The translations under genes and the position numbers were made by a program. A DNA stretch of 64,000 nucleotides from NCBI RefSeq assembly GCF_009914755.1, contig NC_060929.1; one strand, written 5' to 3'. The DNA comes from the human T2T-CHM13v2.0 reference genome, Homo sapiens. The notes below the pieces were generated by a model that did not search any database, was not told the origin of the DNA, and worked only from the letters and a program-made list of their open reading frames with translations. This document shows positions 1-13,329 of this stretch, one piece after another. The stretch's first letter is position 1. Each line of letters opens with the position of its first letter.

Positions 1-98
1 TCCTCAGAGCCAATGGGGAACTAATTCAGCTCTCCAAGTTTCTGTCCCATTGGAGTTTGGCCACTGGTCTGACATCCAGATGTCTGGCTTCTCACTTC

Positions 99-575
99 TG
101 TGGGCAGATACATCAAACATCCGGTTCCCAATTAAGATAACCCTTTAAGAGAGCTTATTGGGAGGAGGGCCACTGGCAGATAATTTCCAGCAGCTGCAGA
201 TTTGGATCTCCAGTGGAGTCCACATTGAGGCATTGTGTGTGTGGCCCTGGCCATGACACAATGTGTGTGTGGCCCAGCCAAGACTGGACACAGCCCAGAT
301 ACCAGCCCCATGCCATTCCTGTTTGACATAGGGCTCCTGTGATGGCCAGCTTTGCTCTGGGCTCATTTGCCTTGCTGAGCCCTTCTCAGATCTGCCCTGC
401 CGTCTGGGGCTTACCTACCCATCCTCCTTTCTTAGCTGCTTCCTTTGGCTTGTATCATGTTCTAAGGCCATTCCCACCTACTCCTGCCCTTTCTTCCCTT
501 CACAAATGTTTCCCTAGTGAATTTCCAGCACTTCTAGTTCCACCTGATGTTGCTCTTAAAGGACTCAAAATGATA
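99..575 (+). mobile_element. 5' LTR (LTR16 family)
   Basis: Starts TGTGGGCAGA and is colinear with the LTR16 body (CCATTCCTG...GGGCTCCT...CTTTGCTCTGGG...CCTACTCCTGC...CCTTCACA). It ends ...AGGACTCAAAATGATA just before the PBS. Confidence 0.7.
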
Positions 576-2173
576 GTAGCTGGTACACAGAATGGGGTTT
601 GGGGGTCCAGCTCACTCACCACACAGCTGGCAAAAGAATGTCATCCTGAGAGAAATATGGGGTGCAGATAGTCCCTGGAATAAAGTGGTGTGGCTCAATT
701 GCTGAGGATGTCATTGGTAGTGACCAGAAAAATATGTCCCAATAGAGGAGAATGCCTTTGCCAGTACAGTGATTCAGGCATTTTAGATATCTAGGGAGAG
801 CAATAGCTACAAGGACAGTTATTACTATATCGTATTGACACCCCGTGGAGGGATAATGAGAAACAGAGGGCAGTTAATGAACAGTTCAGAACTAAGTGTG
901 AGAGCCAGAGGCCTCTTATCTACTGCAGTAGGAGGATGATCAAAGTTGAAGAGAGGATACAGGATTCAGTTTTCCAGAACTCCAGAGATGTTTAACTGCT
1001 CAGTTAAGACAGGACTATTATGCTAAAGTCAGAGGCCTGGTTGGGAAAAGCTGGGACCCTGGAACCTAGGATAGGAACCTCATGGTGGATGCCCTCAAGA
1101 ATTTTAGTCATGTAGACTCCCCTGTACCTTCGGAACTTGCTAAGGCAATCCACCCATCTCTATTAAGAGCTGGTACTTCCCCTAGTGGGAAGATGCTGAA
1201 GAAGCCCTTCCCTCTGAGGCAACAAGTGCCCCTCAATAGCTGCCCACACCTCCTCTCCTGGCTAACAGGCTGATAACTAGAGTTAAATCCCAGCATAGTG
1301 TGACTGAGACATGATGGGCTTGATAAATCAGGGAAGAGATTATACCCAGAAAGAGCTGAAAAATTAGGTAGTATGTATCAGCACAGGAAAGGGAATACCC
1401 TTGGAATTGGATTTCCAGGGTGCTTGATCCAGGGGGAGCAGAACGTAAAACTGCATTAACAGGAATTCATGGACTTGGTGCACTTTCTTAGGACACAGGC
1501 AAGAACCCCCCAGTATGGGGCCAATGCCTGGCTAAGGTGGCTCTTAGCAACCTAAAGAAAGCAATGGCTAACATCGAGCAAAGTTGACTTTCCTGAGTTG
1601 CCCCAGCAGAGGCTGGTGGAGGAAGGAATAAAAAGACTTGAGGAGGAAAGAATGTTGGAATCAATATTTTATGTGAGGTCAGAAACCCACTTGAAGACTG
1701 TATTGCATAGGAAAGCCCAGAAGACACAGCATTCACTAGGGCCATCAGGAACATGCTGGTGAAGCCCATGGTGGCAGGGAGAGCTGGGCTCATGGATAGG
1801 AATGGGAGCAATGGAGCCCTGAAGTCATAGAGGCCAGGTGGCAGCATTAACCACTGGATGCCAGGGGCTGCCATTACTACAATGACCGGCAATGTCAGGG
1901 GCAGCCAAATGTGTTTGAACACAGGAAATTGTGGAGATGGTCAATGTAATATGGCCAAATAGGTGGGAAGCCAAGAGTGCTGCTTAATGCCATTAGAAGA
2001 AGGTAAGAATAGAGGAGAAGGAGGCTGAGGTAGGTTGCCTCAATACAAGGTCATGATCACCTGCTCAGTTACTAGCCCTCAGCCAATTTTCTGATCTGAA
2101 ACCCATTGACTAAAGAGATGGTTGGGTCCCTAGGAGGAAGGACCCTGCTATACCATAGCATGTAGACACTGTA

Positions 2174-3196
2174 ATGATTCCCTCAGTCCTTCCTCAAAGG
2201 GACCAATGGCCATTTACTTGTGTGACTGTATACTGGGAAAGTGGAATGGCTAGACATTTCAAAGAAGTATTGGACACAGAGTCTGAGTTGACATTGAAAC
2301 CCAGAGACCCAGAATGTTTCTATAGATCCCTAATGAATGGAGATCTGGCAAGTCTGGCTTACTATGGATTCACAGGGACCCATATTTTGTATTTGGAATA
2401 ACTCTCACATTGAACCCCTGGCCTGCGGGTAGGAGCTAGCACAGTGGGGAAGGCCAAGTAGAAGCCTCCAAAGCCTTCTGTTTTTGGCCTCCTGGAGAAA
2501 ATAGTAAATAAAAACAATATTGCATTTAAATTTTTTTTTTTGGTAGGTCAGAGTGGGGGAGGTATGAATGATGGAGATTGGTGCCACCATTTAAAACCTA
2601 AAGCATGCAGGGCTGAATAGTAGTTCTAATCATATCTCCATTTAATTAATCAGTCTAGCCCCCGCAGATACATGATGGATCATGAAGAATGGCTATAGAC
2701 TACCATAAACTTAATTAAGCAATAGCCTGGATTATAGTTCTGTGTTGAACATAGTATCTTTGCTACAGTAATTTCATAAATTCTCATATACATGGTATGT
2801 GGCTGTTGATTTGGCATTCCTTTTTATTCCAATCAGAAAGAAGGAGCAGAGACGGTCTGCATTTACACGGAACATACAATGACATTTAGTATTGCCCCAC
2901 AGCTATGCTAACTGTCCCACTCACTGTCATAACACAGTCTGAATAGGTCTGAGCTATCCAGGAATCAAGGATTGCAAGCAAGAGTAGGCCCACTTGCCAT
3001 CATGTCCAGTGACCCATCCGGGGACTTCGTGCTTTACACCCCCACAATACTGGGCTTTGTAGGATTAGAGGTTCTAGTCTCTAGAGAGGGTACATTCCTG
3101 TGGAGATATAGCACATGTCCTGTTGAACTACAAGTTATGGTTACCTCCTGGGTACTTAGGACTGCTGGTGCCCAAAGACCAGAAGGTGAGAGGTAA
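2174..3196 (+). pseudogene. Decayed ERV-L protease / RT N-terminus / dUTPase
   Basis: ORF 2174-2401 contains LPQRDQWPFTCVTVYW...LDTESELTLKPRDP (ERV-L LDTGSELTLIPGDP aspartic protease motif). RT motifs DGS*RMAIDYHKLN (~2675), WYVAVDLA (~2793) and VLPHSYANCP (~2889) are present. ORF 2972-3196 contains PLAIMSSDP...GLEVLVS (ERV-L IN end/dUTPase). Multiple stops and frameshifts. Confidence 0.85.
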
Positions 3197-3598
3197 AGTC
3201 ATCATTTTGGTAGGGAAAATTGTCCGTGGCCAGCAGGGGAGGTGAGGTTACTTTTACACAATGGGAACAGGGAGGAATATATGTGAAACTCAGTGGAGCC
3301 AACTGGGCACATTTTAGGATTATTTATCTGGTTGTACTGAGGGCTCAGATTACTTAGGAATGAGAGTTTGGGGTCATACCACAGGGCAAGCTCTCAAGGC
3401 CTGGTGAGGTGACACTGAGGATGAGGGGAATTTAGCATGGACAGTGGAGAAGGGAGACAATGACCAATTGCAGAGATGGGACTGAGTTTGCCCAACTAAC
3501 CTGAGTTTCTCCTCAGGAAGAGAAGCCCGCAGGAATGGAAGGGAAGCTGTTCACTGAACACATGTGGAGAAATGGATGTGTGTGGCACAAGGAGTGGA

Positions 3599-4056
3599 TG
3601 TGGTAGCCATTGAGGTGCTCCACTCAAATCTCTCTTCAAGAGAACCTTCAAGGACAGCAATTCATGGGCAGTTTTCAGCTGTGCACCTGTGGATCTAATG
3701 CAGCATTCCTATTGAGGCCTTGCTCTCCATTGGTTGTTTCTATCCAGTGGCCAAGCATGATAAAGCTGCTAGAACCAGCCATACCTGCCCAACTTGGAGT
3801 CCTCTAACAACAGATCTTTGCTCTGGGGCTTCCTCTTGGCCTGGCTCAGAGTTTATCAGTTTCACTGCACCCTAAATCTCCTCCCACCCAGTTCTCCTTT
3901 TTTCCCCTCTTTCCTTGCACAGGTCTCAGCTCTGCATGGGGTCCTAAAAGGTCTCCCTGTCTATTCCTGCTCTGTCCCAGGACCCTTCACAAACATTTCC
4001 CTTCTGCTTATTTTATTCTGATGGGCATCTGCTTCCTGGATGACCCAAAGTGGCAT
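3599..4056 (+). mobile_element. 3' LTR (LTR16C-like)
   Basis: TGTGGTAGCCATTGAGGTGCTCCACTCAAATCTCTCTTCAAGAGAACC...GGCATCTGCTTCCTGGATGACCCAAAG matches the LTR16C start and end. Confidence 0.85.
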
Positions 4057-5069
4057 AGGAGGTCTCAGAAAATGGTAAATAAAATTCCTCTTTGCTGCCT
4101 CCACCCCCACCTGTTGCACACGCAAAAATTAGAAATAAAATTCTTCACTTCAATATGGAGAAGTAACTGGGCTCTGTCTGGGCATTTTCACAAATGCCAG
4201 GAAATAAGAATAACTGTCATGGAGAAAATCTTTAGTCCAAAGCTATTTTCAAGTGGCTTCATAATTCCAAGTTCTATTAACTTGTGTGAAATCTCTTATA
4301 CTTGTCAGATCAAATTCTTGTTTTCTGCCATGATTTAGAAGTTTTCCTGCAGAGTGGCAGAGGACAGTAATTGAACTTGTGGTCCTGAATTTTGATTGGA
4401 TGAGGATTGGTCCAAATCAGATCTCTTTCAAGTTTCTCTGGGATCACCAAGGGCAACAGTCCCCTTGACTTCCAGAGAAAATCATGAAAAAGCATTAACA
4501 TGTACTTTATAGCTAGCCTTGATGGACTGAAGACCCCTTCCTTATCCATCTTTTTGCTTCCAGTTGGACACCTACCAGGTGAAGGAGGGGTCTCTGCTAG
4601 GAGGAGTGTTCTTTCTCCCCCATCAAGGGCAAGGGAAATGGATACAAAAAAGCAGGAGTATTTAACCCCTTGCTGACTTCTGGAGATGACCTTTCTTCCA
4701 TCTGTCACCACCAGCCAGGGCTTCAGTAGAGCCAAAAGAGTATAGCAGTCTTTGGAGAGAAACATTCATTCATCTGTTGATAGGAGTTGTCTGGAGCTTA
4801 GGTAAAAATTGCATTTTCCTCACCGTCTCTACCTGTGCCTAGAGAGCTGAGAGGCTGAAGCAATAGCAATAACTTTGACTTGGTCAACTTGTGTGCATCA
4901 TAGTAATAGCGAATATTTGTAGTTTACAATGCATTTTATATACACTTTTCACACAGTTTCCATCTTGCCTGAATTCCCAGTTAAAGTTATCAGTTGGGTT
5001 AAGGCAATCCTATTAAAATGTCTCCTGAGTGGTAGGCATTTAGTGAATGTGTGTTGCATGGAACTGAGT

Positions 5070-5230
5070 TTATTGTAATTTAGTTGCTTATTTGTCAGTC
5101 TTCCCCACTGGTTTGAGTTCCTTGAAGGTAGAGGCTTTGTCTTTTATCTCTGTTATGTACAGCGCCTAGTACAGAGCTACACATAGGGGGAAATCAGTAA
5201 TTGTCTGTTGACTGAATGAATGAATGAATG
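5070..5230 (+). mobile_element. L2 3' end
   Basis: CTTCCCCACTGG...GTTCCTTGAAGGTAGAGG...GCCTAGTACAG... ending in a (TGAA)n tail. Confidence 0.75.
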
Positions 5231-6479
5231 AGGGAGCAGAGCCATAATACACAAGCAAGGATGAATATATTGGAGTATCTAGAAAACAACATAGGAAAGA
5301 TAGATTTGAGACTGTAAGCAATGAGACACAAGACCATCTTATTTAGTGGGAGGTGAGAGTGGTAGCAGAAGTTGACACATGGGAGGGCTTATACTCAGAG
5401 AAATAAAAGTCCATGCACTGTGGGTCCTGGGCCATGAAGAGTGGCATGGATGATGGCAGGGGGAAGAATATGGGTTGGTGCAAGTCCTCACCCTAACTTC
5501 TGCTCTGCCTCTGCTTCCACCTTGGGTCCAGTCTAGCTGGCATCAGCATCAGCATTGCTGAATGGAAGAGGGAGCCTTCCCTAATTCTCACTCCTGCCCC
5601 TGACTCTAGCCAAGCTTAGTTGCATGCAATCTAAGCAACCATAGCTTCCTTCAGCCACTGTTTCCTTTACTCTAAGTCCTTGGCCTGACATTTTATGTGG
5701 CATGGGCTCATTCAGTAATCTGTTACTCCTCAAAGATGACAATAGTAACTCATAGTGCTTTTTCCATAAAAATCAGTGGCTGTTGCCCATACATGGAAAA
5801 TCTGTGAAATGCTTCTTCCATCCACTCCTCTTGACCATGCTCAATAGAATAAACTTGCCAGTGATTCCCCACGTGGTAGAAGCATTCTTGTGGGTAAGCT
5901 TGTACCTTATCATGGGAACCCGCTATTCCTTCTGAACAAGTCAGCAGGAATCATTTCAGAAGATGTGCACTCTGGGGTAGGAGCAGAGGGGGAAAGTGCT
6001 CATGTTAGGTATCACTGAATTCCACCACAAAATGTACCATAAACTTCTAGTTTCCAGTTTCATTCTGTAAATGAGGAAAAACTTAACAGATATTCATAGA
6101 ATTAATTAATCTGATGAGCTGTGAGGTGAAGCAGAGTTTTAAAAAGGCTGAAAATATGTGTTATTTAAAATTTAATTATGAGAAAAAGGGAGGTTGAACA
6201 GGTGAATGAATAAAGAATAAATGTCTTAAATAGGATGATCCTAGTCACTAGAGCTCCCACACATTCCATATTCAAATGTGACCTATAACATTTCTTATTA
6301 CAATCATTTTCGTACTTGAAGTAGGAGTTGATTCAGCCTAGATGTGAATTTAGGGAATGCACATGGAAATAACAAGGAATAACAAGAAAAATAACTGCTA
6401 TGTATATGCTCAGTGATCTGAACTACATGAAATGAACAAAGAAAAAATAATGCATTGAAAAGGAGCAAGACCTTTTTGG

Positions 6480-6710
6480 AAAAACATAAGACTTAATCAA
6501 AAGATATTAACAAATATGTTTAACTATTAAAAGGGACCTAGATTTATGTCTTTAATTTCTAAACAAATGGGAGATATACCGTGTACATAGATAGGAAGAC
6601 TCAATAATGTAAATAAATAATTCTCTCCAAATTATTCTATGAATTTGATGCAACTTTAACAAAAATTTTGATTCTAGAATGTATCTATAAAATCAAAGAG
6701 CCATGAAAGG
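6480..6710 (+). mobile_element. Old L1M ORF2 fragment
   Basis: AAACAAATGGGAGATATACCGTGTACATAGATAGGAAGACTCAATAATG corresponds to the L1 [16 protein letters not shown] segment. Confidence 0.65.
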
Positions 6711-9614
6711 ACAGTGTTAAAAATGGACAAAATTGGGCTGAGAAGGAAGATGATTTTGGGCCCATGTGTTGCAGTAACAATGCTGTTTGCTAAGTCATAT
6801 AGCTCTTGCCTTCTGGAATTCTGAGCACATGCCCACTGAGAGTGAGGCTAATCAATTGCTAAGATTCATGGGATTTGATAGTCAATTGTAAAGCTGTCAA
6901 AATATGTTGATTATTTCTTGTGATCTTGGTTAAGGTAGAGGAGGAAAGACCAATTTTAGTCCAAGGATACTTCACTAAAAGCAGATAGAGAAAAAGCCAG
7001 GTCAGAAAATCAGATTTCCAAGGTCCAGAATAAGACATTAATCATGTGTCTTACTAAACCACATAGATCAAATTATCAGCTTTGCACCTTTCCTGTGAAC
7101 AAGATAGGTGCCCTGAGTTGGAAAGTTTGATAACTTCAAAATTATAACAGTGCTATCGAAGATGTTGGAGCACCCTGATCTCATATACCTTCAAACCACT
7201 TTCTACTAGACTCCCTTGTTGGATGAAGAAGAACGTAGAGGAACAGGTTTCACACATCAGCTTTTATTGTCATAAGCAAAGAGGATATGGTCATCATAAC
7301 AGGTGGCCAAGCTGATGTACCTTCAGGAAGTAACCAGATATGGAGAGATCTTACTGGTTTAGCAACTGAACTCTCTCAAAATGAAATAAATAATTAGCTA
7401 GGATTTTTGTGGAAGCTAAAGCCCAAAAACCTAAGCCCAATGAGCAAATTTGAGTTGATCTTGGGCTGCTTAGGAAGTTCCTGGGCCCAAGTACAAAGGA
7501 TACTGAAAAAACTCAGAAGTGTTTTGTTAAGGTGATATAGCCTTACAAGGGGATCCTTCCCAAGAGCCTCCTTTTGGGGTAGCCCTGAAGGACATTGGAC
7601 AGATCTTTCCTCCTAAAGGTAAAAACTGGAGCAGAGAGGTTGGCTGCTCAATGCATGTATCCCATTGCCTGGATAATGATTCAACAAGCAGATGCCTTTT
7701 GAATTTGCTGGTCCTATCATTTTTCTTACTATCCCTGTCTGCCAGGAATGGTATACAGTCTAGACCTGAGGTTGATATGTTTTATCATGGGAGTTTGTTT
7801 CCCAATCCCAAGTTACTGAATAGGAGTTTTCATTTTGGTTGCACTTTTTACCATTCCTTATTAAAAACAGAGTTCTAGTCTTGACCTAGCAGTTGGACTT
7901 CCAGGAATATATCACACAGATATATTTCCACATGTTGGGTGATGCCATAAAGGAAATGATAGTTGATGGAAAGAGACCAACAAACACAGGTAAGCATACA
8001 AATTCCTTTGCTGAAAGTAAATGACATACAAACTCAAAAGACAACTATACAAAGTATCCTCCTCCCTCTAAGAAGCAAACCTCCCTGGCCTCCAAGTCCC
8101 CATGAAGGCACCCAGGTGCTGATAATACTACTGAGACTTTTAAAATATTCTTTCCACTATTTTGGGAGTAGGGGTGGTTTGCCTTCTTGGCTCCCCTCCA
8201 CAGCTCTGAGGCTCCGGCTATGTGCCCCCAGGTGGTATGAGCAACTAGTAACAACCTCAGGACATCCTTGAGTGCTTTTGGGGGGGAATCAAAGGTCATT
8301 TTCAAGGATTGAATTCACAGGGCATCCTTTCACTGATCACAGGGCCGTTGCCCTTTCTACCTCCTATACCTGCATCCTCCTCCACCCAAGGCTCACTGCT
8401 CTTGCAGCATCAATTCAGCAGATTTAAGTTTGTCTTTAGAAAGCATTTTTTACATTATAGGCAGAAAACAAAACAAAGTACCTATTTCTATTACTATGAT
8501 AACTGAAACAAGTATTTGAACTACCAGGGAAGGAAAGGGGTTGTATTAAATCAAAGTATTTCATGTTTTACAACTAGATGATTTGCCATTCCCTTCTCAT
8601 TATGTGCTTAAAAGTAAGATGTAATTGTTAACTGAATTATTGAAGTGAGAGTAGCCAAACCAAAAAGGTGACATCCCCTGCCTTTGGCAGAAGATGCATA
8701 AACCATGCCACAGGGGAAATGGTTGAGAAAAATACTAGGGCTAAAAATGGATTCAAAAGAAAGGGGACTCTGTGGTTCTGCGGTTCCAGGGATCATAAGA
8801 GAAGAAGCAAGTATTTTGCCTATTTATGTCGTTTTTTCATGTCTATAGCTGTTGAATAACTGGCTTAAAGTCTACTGAAAAAAATTTAAACCATACTTAT
8901 TGTTCTTCTCCCAGATCAATAAATGAAAAAAAAAAAAAACCACATGACTCAGTTAAATCAAATCCTCTATCAAAACCTGAGTCATTACATGAAGGGAGGA
9001 AGCAGATGGATTAAAATGGCCTTTTGTTACAAGGATAATGGCTGCAATTGCTCAGCATGTTCAATATGCCAGAAGCTTTACATAAGCTGCTCTCAGCCCT
9101 ATATAAGACACTGTAGGATTGGTGTAGTTTCCCCCACTGCACAGGGATCACCAAGACAGAGATGTTATACAGCTTTCCTGGTTCTCCCTGCTTGGACCAG
9201 GAAGAGGCCAGGCAGGTCTGTGTGCCTCCAAATTTGTCCATTGTCTCAACTTCTCATTTTCAAGTGAGAGAAAGAGGGAGGTGGGGCAGGGAAAGGCTGG
9301 GATGAAATTATTTGAAGAACAAATAATAACATTCTTGTAATAAAAGGAAATCAATCTATGCACAGTGAGTTTTATTTAGTAGTTGAAAAAATGAGAGCCA
9401 TACTGATCATCATAAGGATTCTGTAAGCTCTGGGGAATAATTGTAGTGGGGGTGGGGAGGATTTAAAGAACCCATAGATAATTCTTCCTCTTCTAAACCC
9501 CTTTACACTTTATTTGAGCACATTATCTGGCGATACTAGGGCTCAATAGATATTTGGAACCAATAAGTAAATTTGTGTCTCTATCAAAATAGCATTGGTT
9601 TTTTTTTTCATCTT

Positions 9615-10038
9615 TGTGAAATTAATTCAAACCTAAAAGCTGTTGGAACTTTATTCTGAGCCTTAAGAGGAATGTGGCTATGTAGCCTGAGTCACATGGC
9701 ATACAGTTGCAACTTCTCTCTTTTCTTTTCCTACAAATGATTAGGAACAGAGATGACTCCCTCCAAACATTACTCCTCTTTACAGCAGTCTTCCTTGGAA
9801 TGTAGCACAGTGTACTAACCAAATAGCTGTAATGTATGCATTGGCCTTATATGTAAAACGTTTCAACTCTGCTGAAACTGTTTCTGCCTATGTAAGTGAA
9901 ACCTTAGCTTCCCCACTTTGGAGCACTGACTCCATCCCTTTGGAGTCAGTGTTTCCCAGGTGACTATTGTCAAGTTTTGTACTCAAATAAATTCTACACC
10001 TAATAATATTTTTAGAATCTCATTATTAATGGTTGGCA
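9615..10038 (+). mobile_element. Solo LTR (LTR47-like, ERVL)
   Basis: TG...CA bounded ~420 bp element. Start AATTCAAACCTAAAAGCTGTTGGAACTTTATTCTGAGCCTTAAGAGGAATGTGGC, AATAAA near the 3' end, end GAATCTCATTATTAATGGTTGGCA. Confidence 0.7.
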
Positions 10039-10109
10039 CCCTGGATGACGGGTATTTCTGGGTGCTTTAAATCTCCCCTCCTGGGCAGTAAGTATTTTAA
10101 TATCAACAG

Positions 10110-10330
10110 CCTCTTACATTTATGCCACACTTTATGGCCAGATTTGGTATACATTATTTTACTCGGTGCAATTCTATGAAGTTTGAAAGACAGGCATTAT
10201 TTATCCTTGTTTTGAGGACTTTGAGTCTCAGAGAGGTTAAGTGATTTGCCCACAGTCACATAGCTAACAAGTGGGAAAGCTTAAGCTTAAATTAAGGATT
10301 TCTAACTTCTGTTCTCTTTCCAACATGCAG
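10110..10330 (-). mobile_element. MIR
   Basis: MIR core reverse complement: GAGTCTCAGAGAGGTTAAGTGATTTGCCCACAGTCACATAGCTAACAAGTGG. Confidence 0.8.
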
Positions 10331-11959
10331 AGTCTCATATGAGAGATTTCTCTTTCGATTCTTCCGTGCAGTTTAACACAGCCAAGCCCTACATCTTGCT
10401 CCTAATAATGTTCCGTAAATGTCTGTTGGGTGATTTTTATGAATGAATGGCTGAAAGATGGAAGGAACGAATGAAACATTGTGAACTGGTCTAATGAGAT
10501 TTGCATTTGGGCGATTTGACTTTCAGATCTGGATGGAAAGTGTTCTACACAATTTTTTTGTCTACTCACATTTCATTTAAATACATGACCTCTGGGAAGT
10601 CCTCAAAGGAGATAGCTTTGCTGCACTTTCTAGTTGAAGAATGTTTGGTTTGGGTCCTTTCAGAGGCCATAAATCTCTCTAATTAATGCCTAATGGTTTT
10701 GGGGATGATTCTGAGCAGGTAAGCCATTAATTGAAAGAAGAATGTCATCTGCCACAGAGATTTCTCATTACATTCCATCAAATTCGAAACAGAGTCCAGT
10801 TTGGAATTCTTTTATGAACAGTGTAATTACACCACATCCTATAGTGTTTGAAAGTAGCTCTCACATTAGCATCTCTGTCGTGAGTGGGAAGGGATCCATG
10901 TAAACAGGAGCTGGGCCAGATGGGTCTCACTAAGACCCTCTCCCCACCCCGTTTCAGCTTCATTAAATTAAGCTATCCCTATGTGTGTGCAAAAGACATA
11001 AATCAACCTTTTACTTCTGTATGCATTAAAGAAATGCATCCGCTTCCATTAATTAAAAATCTCTGTTGTTGACAGTGATCAGGGTAGAACAGACGTTTCT
11101 TCCGAAGGATTCCAGGGCAGCAGATCCTGGTCAGATGCCACAGGCCTCAGGCAGGCTGGGCAGCAAGCAGAGTTCAGACATGAACCAGCCGTCCTTAACC
11201 TTGTCCTTGTCCTGGGAGGGAAGGGGCAGCAACCCAGCCAACCCAGGCCTCTGTTTCTTCACTGCAAAGGGGTGCTATCCAGGGGAACATGGCAGAAACC
11301 CTCCATGGCTGTACAGATCACAAGCCCCTGCCCTCATGAGTGGGACTCACTGGGCTTGCCAGTCACATGTAGCAGCAGTCACTTTACCTTGGGGTCTCCA
11401 GTTTTCCCCTAACTGTGATCGTTGTTTGTGATTTTCCTTTTCACTTCACCTCCTACCCTCCATCCCTTCCCCGACCCCAAACATACTCATAACCTTTTCA
11501 GGCACTCAATGTTTTCTTGCTCTGTTTCTTCCCTTCTCTGTTGCAGTTGCTCCTAAGATATCGATCAATCATTTACATCTTAGTAAGAAGTGTATAGCCA
11601 GTGTGACTCTCTCTATATATTATATATCGTATGTTTGTACATATACATATACAGTATGTAGTGTGTACATATTACATACTCCATATATAGTATGTGTATG
11701 TACATGAGTGTCTGTGTGTATACTATTAAGCTTAGCACCTCATTATAGGAAAAAAAGGTTTTGTGCCTGATTAAATAATTTTTCAGACTTTCTTCTTATA
11801 TATCAATGTCCTTTTTCTGTCATAAGACAAATATCATAATAGACAAACTGGGGGAAATTTTTTAAAGTAGAGGAATCTCACCTATAATCCTATCCCCCAT
11901 AATTGACTGCTATAAATATTTTGATCTATTTTTCCTATTTTCTTCATTTATAAAATAAT

Positions 11960-12312
11960 GAAATATTTTTTGCTTACCATTCATACATTACACCCAATTC
12001 AAGAAAAAAAAAAAACATTTGACATACAATTTTTCTTCTTATTCACCAGAGCTAACAAATGTTCTAAATTTGGTGATTTTTGTGTTAACTGTTCCCATGC
12101 ATTTCTTTATCTTTTACTACAAATGTATATGTCTATAAACAAAATATGATATTGCTTGCATAACTTTAAGTTTCAAATAAATGACATTATACTACAACTT
12201 GCTTTTATTGATCTACAACTTGCTATTTTGCTCAAATTATGGTTTTGAAATATAACTATGTTGATACATGTGGATCTTATAACTGCTCTATAATATTCCA
12301 CTGTAAGAATAT
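11960..12312 (-). mobile_element. L1ME-like 3' fragment
   Basis: AAATGACATTATACTAC...CAACTTGCTATTTTGCTCAAATTATGGTTTTGAAAT...ATATTCCACTG is typical of an antisense L1ME 3' region. Confidence 0.55.
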
Positions 12313-13329
12313 TAGAACCCTCACAGAAGGGAGAAGGCAGTGCTCAAGGGATGTGCTGTGATATCAAAAATTGTCTTTTGATATTCAGAATTCACAGTCC
12401 AGGCAGTAGGTAAGTCAGGAGTTGATTATTAAGCTTTTAAAATAATTTTGCAAAACTTCACACACTCAGTATAAATTTAGATTAGGCATATCGTTCACCT
12501 CACTGGCCTGGAGTCCCTTATATCGACCTTTGGCACAGGGCAGTTCACCAGGAAAAGCCTCCGAGCTGTCAAATACATTAGTCTAAATGATCACGCTCGT
12601 GAGCTACAGTCAGAAGAGGATGATGCAGCTCTCACCTGAAAGCTACTCACTCTCTTACTTGAGGCATGATTCTGACAAGCTTGGTTTCATTATTTCCAAG
12701 TCCATGGTAGATTAGGGATAGCAATTTTAGAGTAGGGAGCCTGACAAGGAAGACAGCAGATAGAAAGGAAATGTGACTCCCAGCTCTGCCCTGCCGTGTT
12801 TATCCTCTCGCATGCAGGCTGATGAGCAAGAAAAACAAAGAATCAGACAGAAGAATTGAGGGGCTTTAGCATAAGGCAAATAGCTCTTTAACTACAACGT
12901 GAAACTGAGTCATCAGGAAAAAGCTGTACACCCTAGAGAAGGTGGCGAAGTGTGTGATATATTTTAGCAGCATTTCTATTGCAAGTCAGGTATTTAGAAA
13001 TTTTAACTTTGGAAAAAAATAATGCTTGATGTATGCAGGGTTTACAACTTAGTAAACATTTTCACAAAGTTTGTCGTCACCACCAGTCTGTGAGCCTAGC
13101 TGAGCAAGCATTTTGCTTAGGAGCAAGGAAACGAATCCCAATGGCTTCAATGTCCTTCCCAGGCTGTCCACCCCGGGTTCCTCTGGCTCTCCACTTTGCG
13201 TGTTTCACCCTAGCAGTGTCGTCGTCCTTTCCTGGAACCCTTCCCTGGACACCTGCGCCAGGGCACTATTAAGTCAAAAGTAATAACACTGATGTGCTAT
13301 AGGTGACTTCTCCGTGAACATACGCTTGA

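Larger units (their letters stand above)
99..4056 (+). mobile_element. Internally deleted ERV-L provirus (ERV3-16A3-like) with two LTR16-type LTRs
   Basis: 5' LTR ~99-575 is followed by a PBS-like TGGTACACAGAATGGGG. Internal gag/pro/RT/dUTPase relics follow. A purine tract ACAAGGAGTGGA lies immediately before the 3' LTR, which starts TGTGGTAGCC at 3599. Confidence 0.85.

Noticed and set aside
4310-4765. 151-aa minus-strand ORF (also 1488-1922 and 41979-42425)
   Set aside because: No recognisable domain or splice context. The other two are antisense ERV gag and L2 sequence. The lengths are compatible with chance.
6760-7820. Possible very old ERVL/Gypsy internal relic
   Set aside because: Only a vague resemblance to ERV-L gag around 7330-7420, with no motif I can verify. 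It needs a Dfam search.
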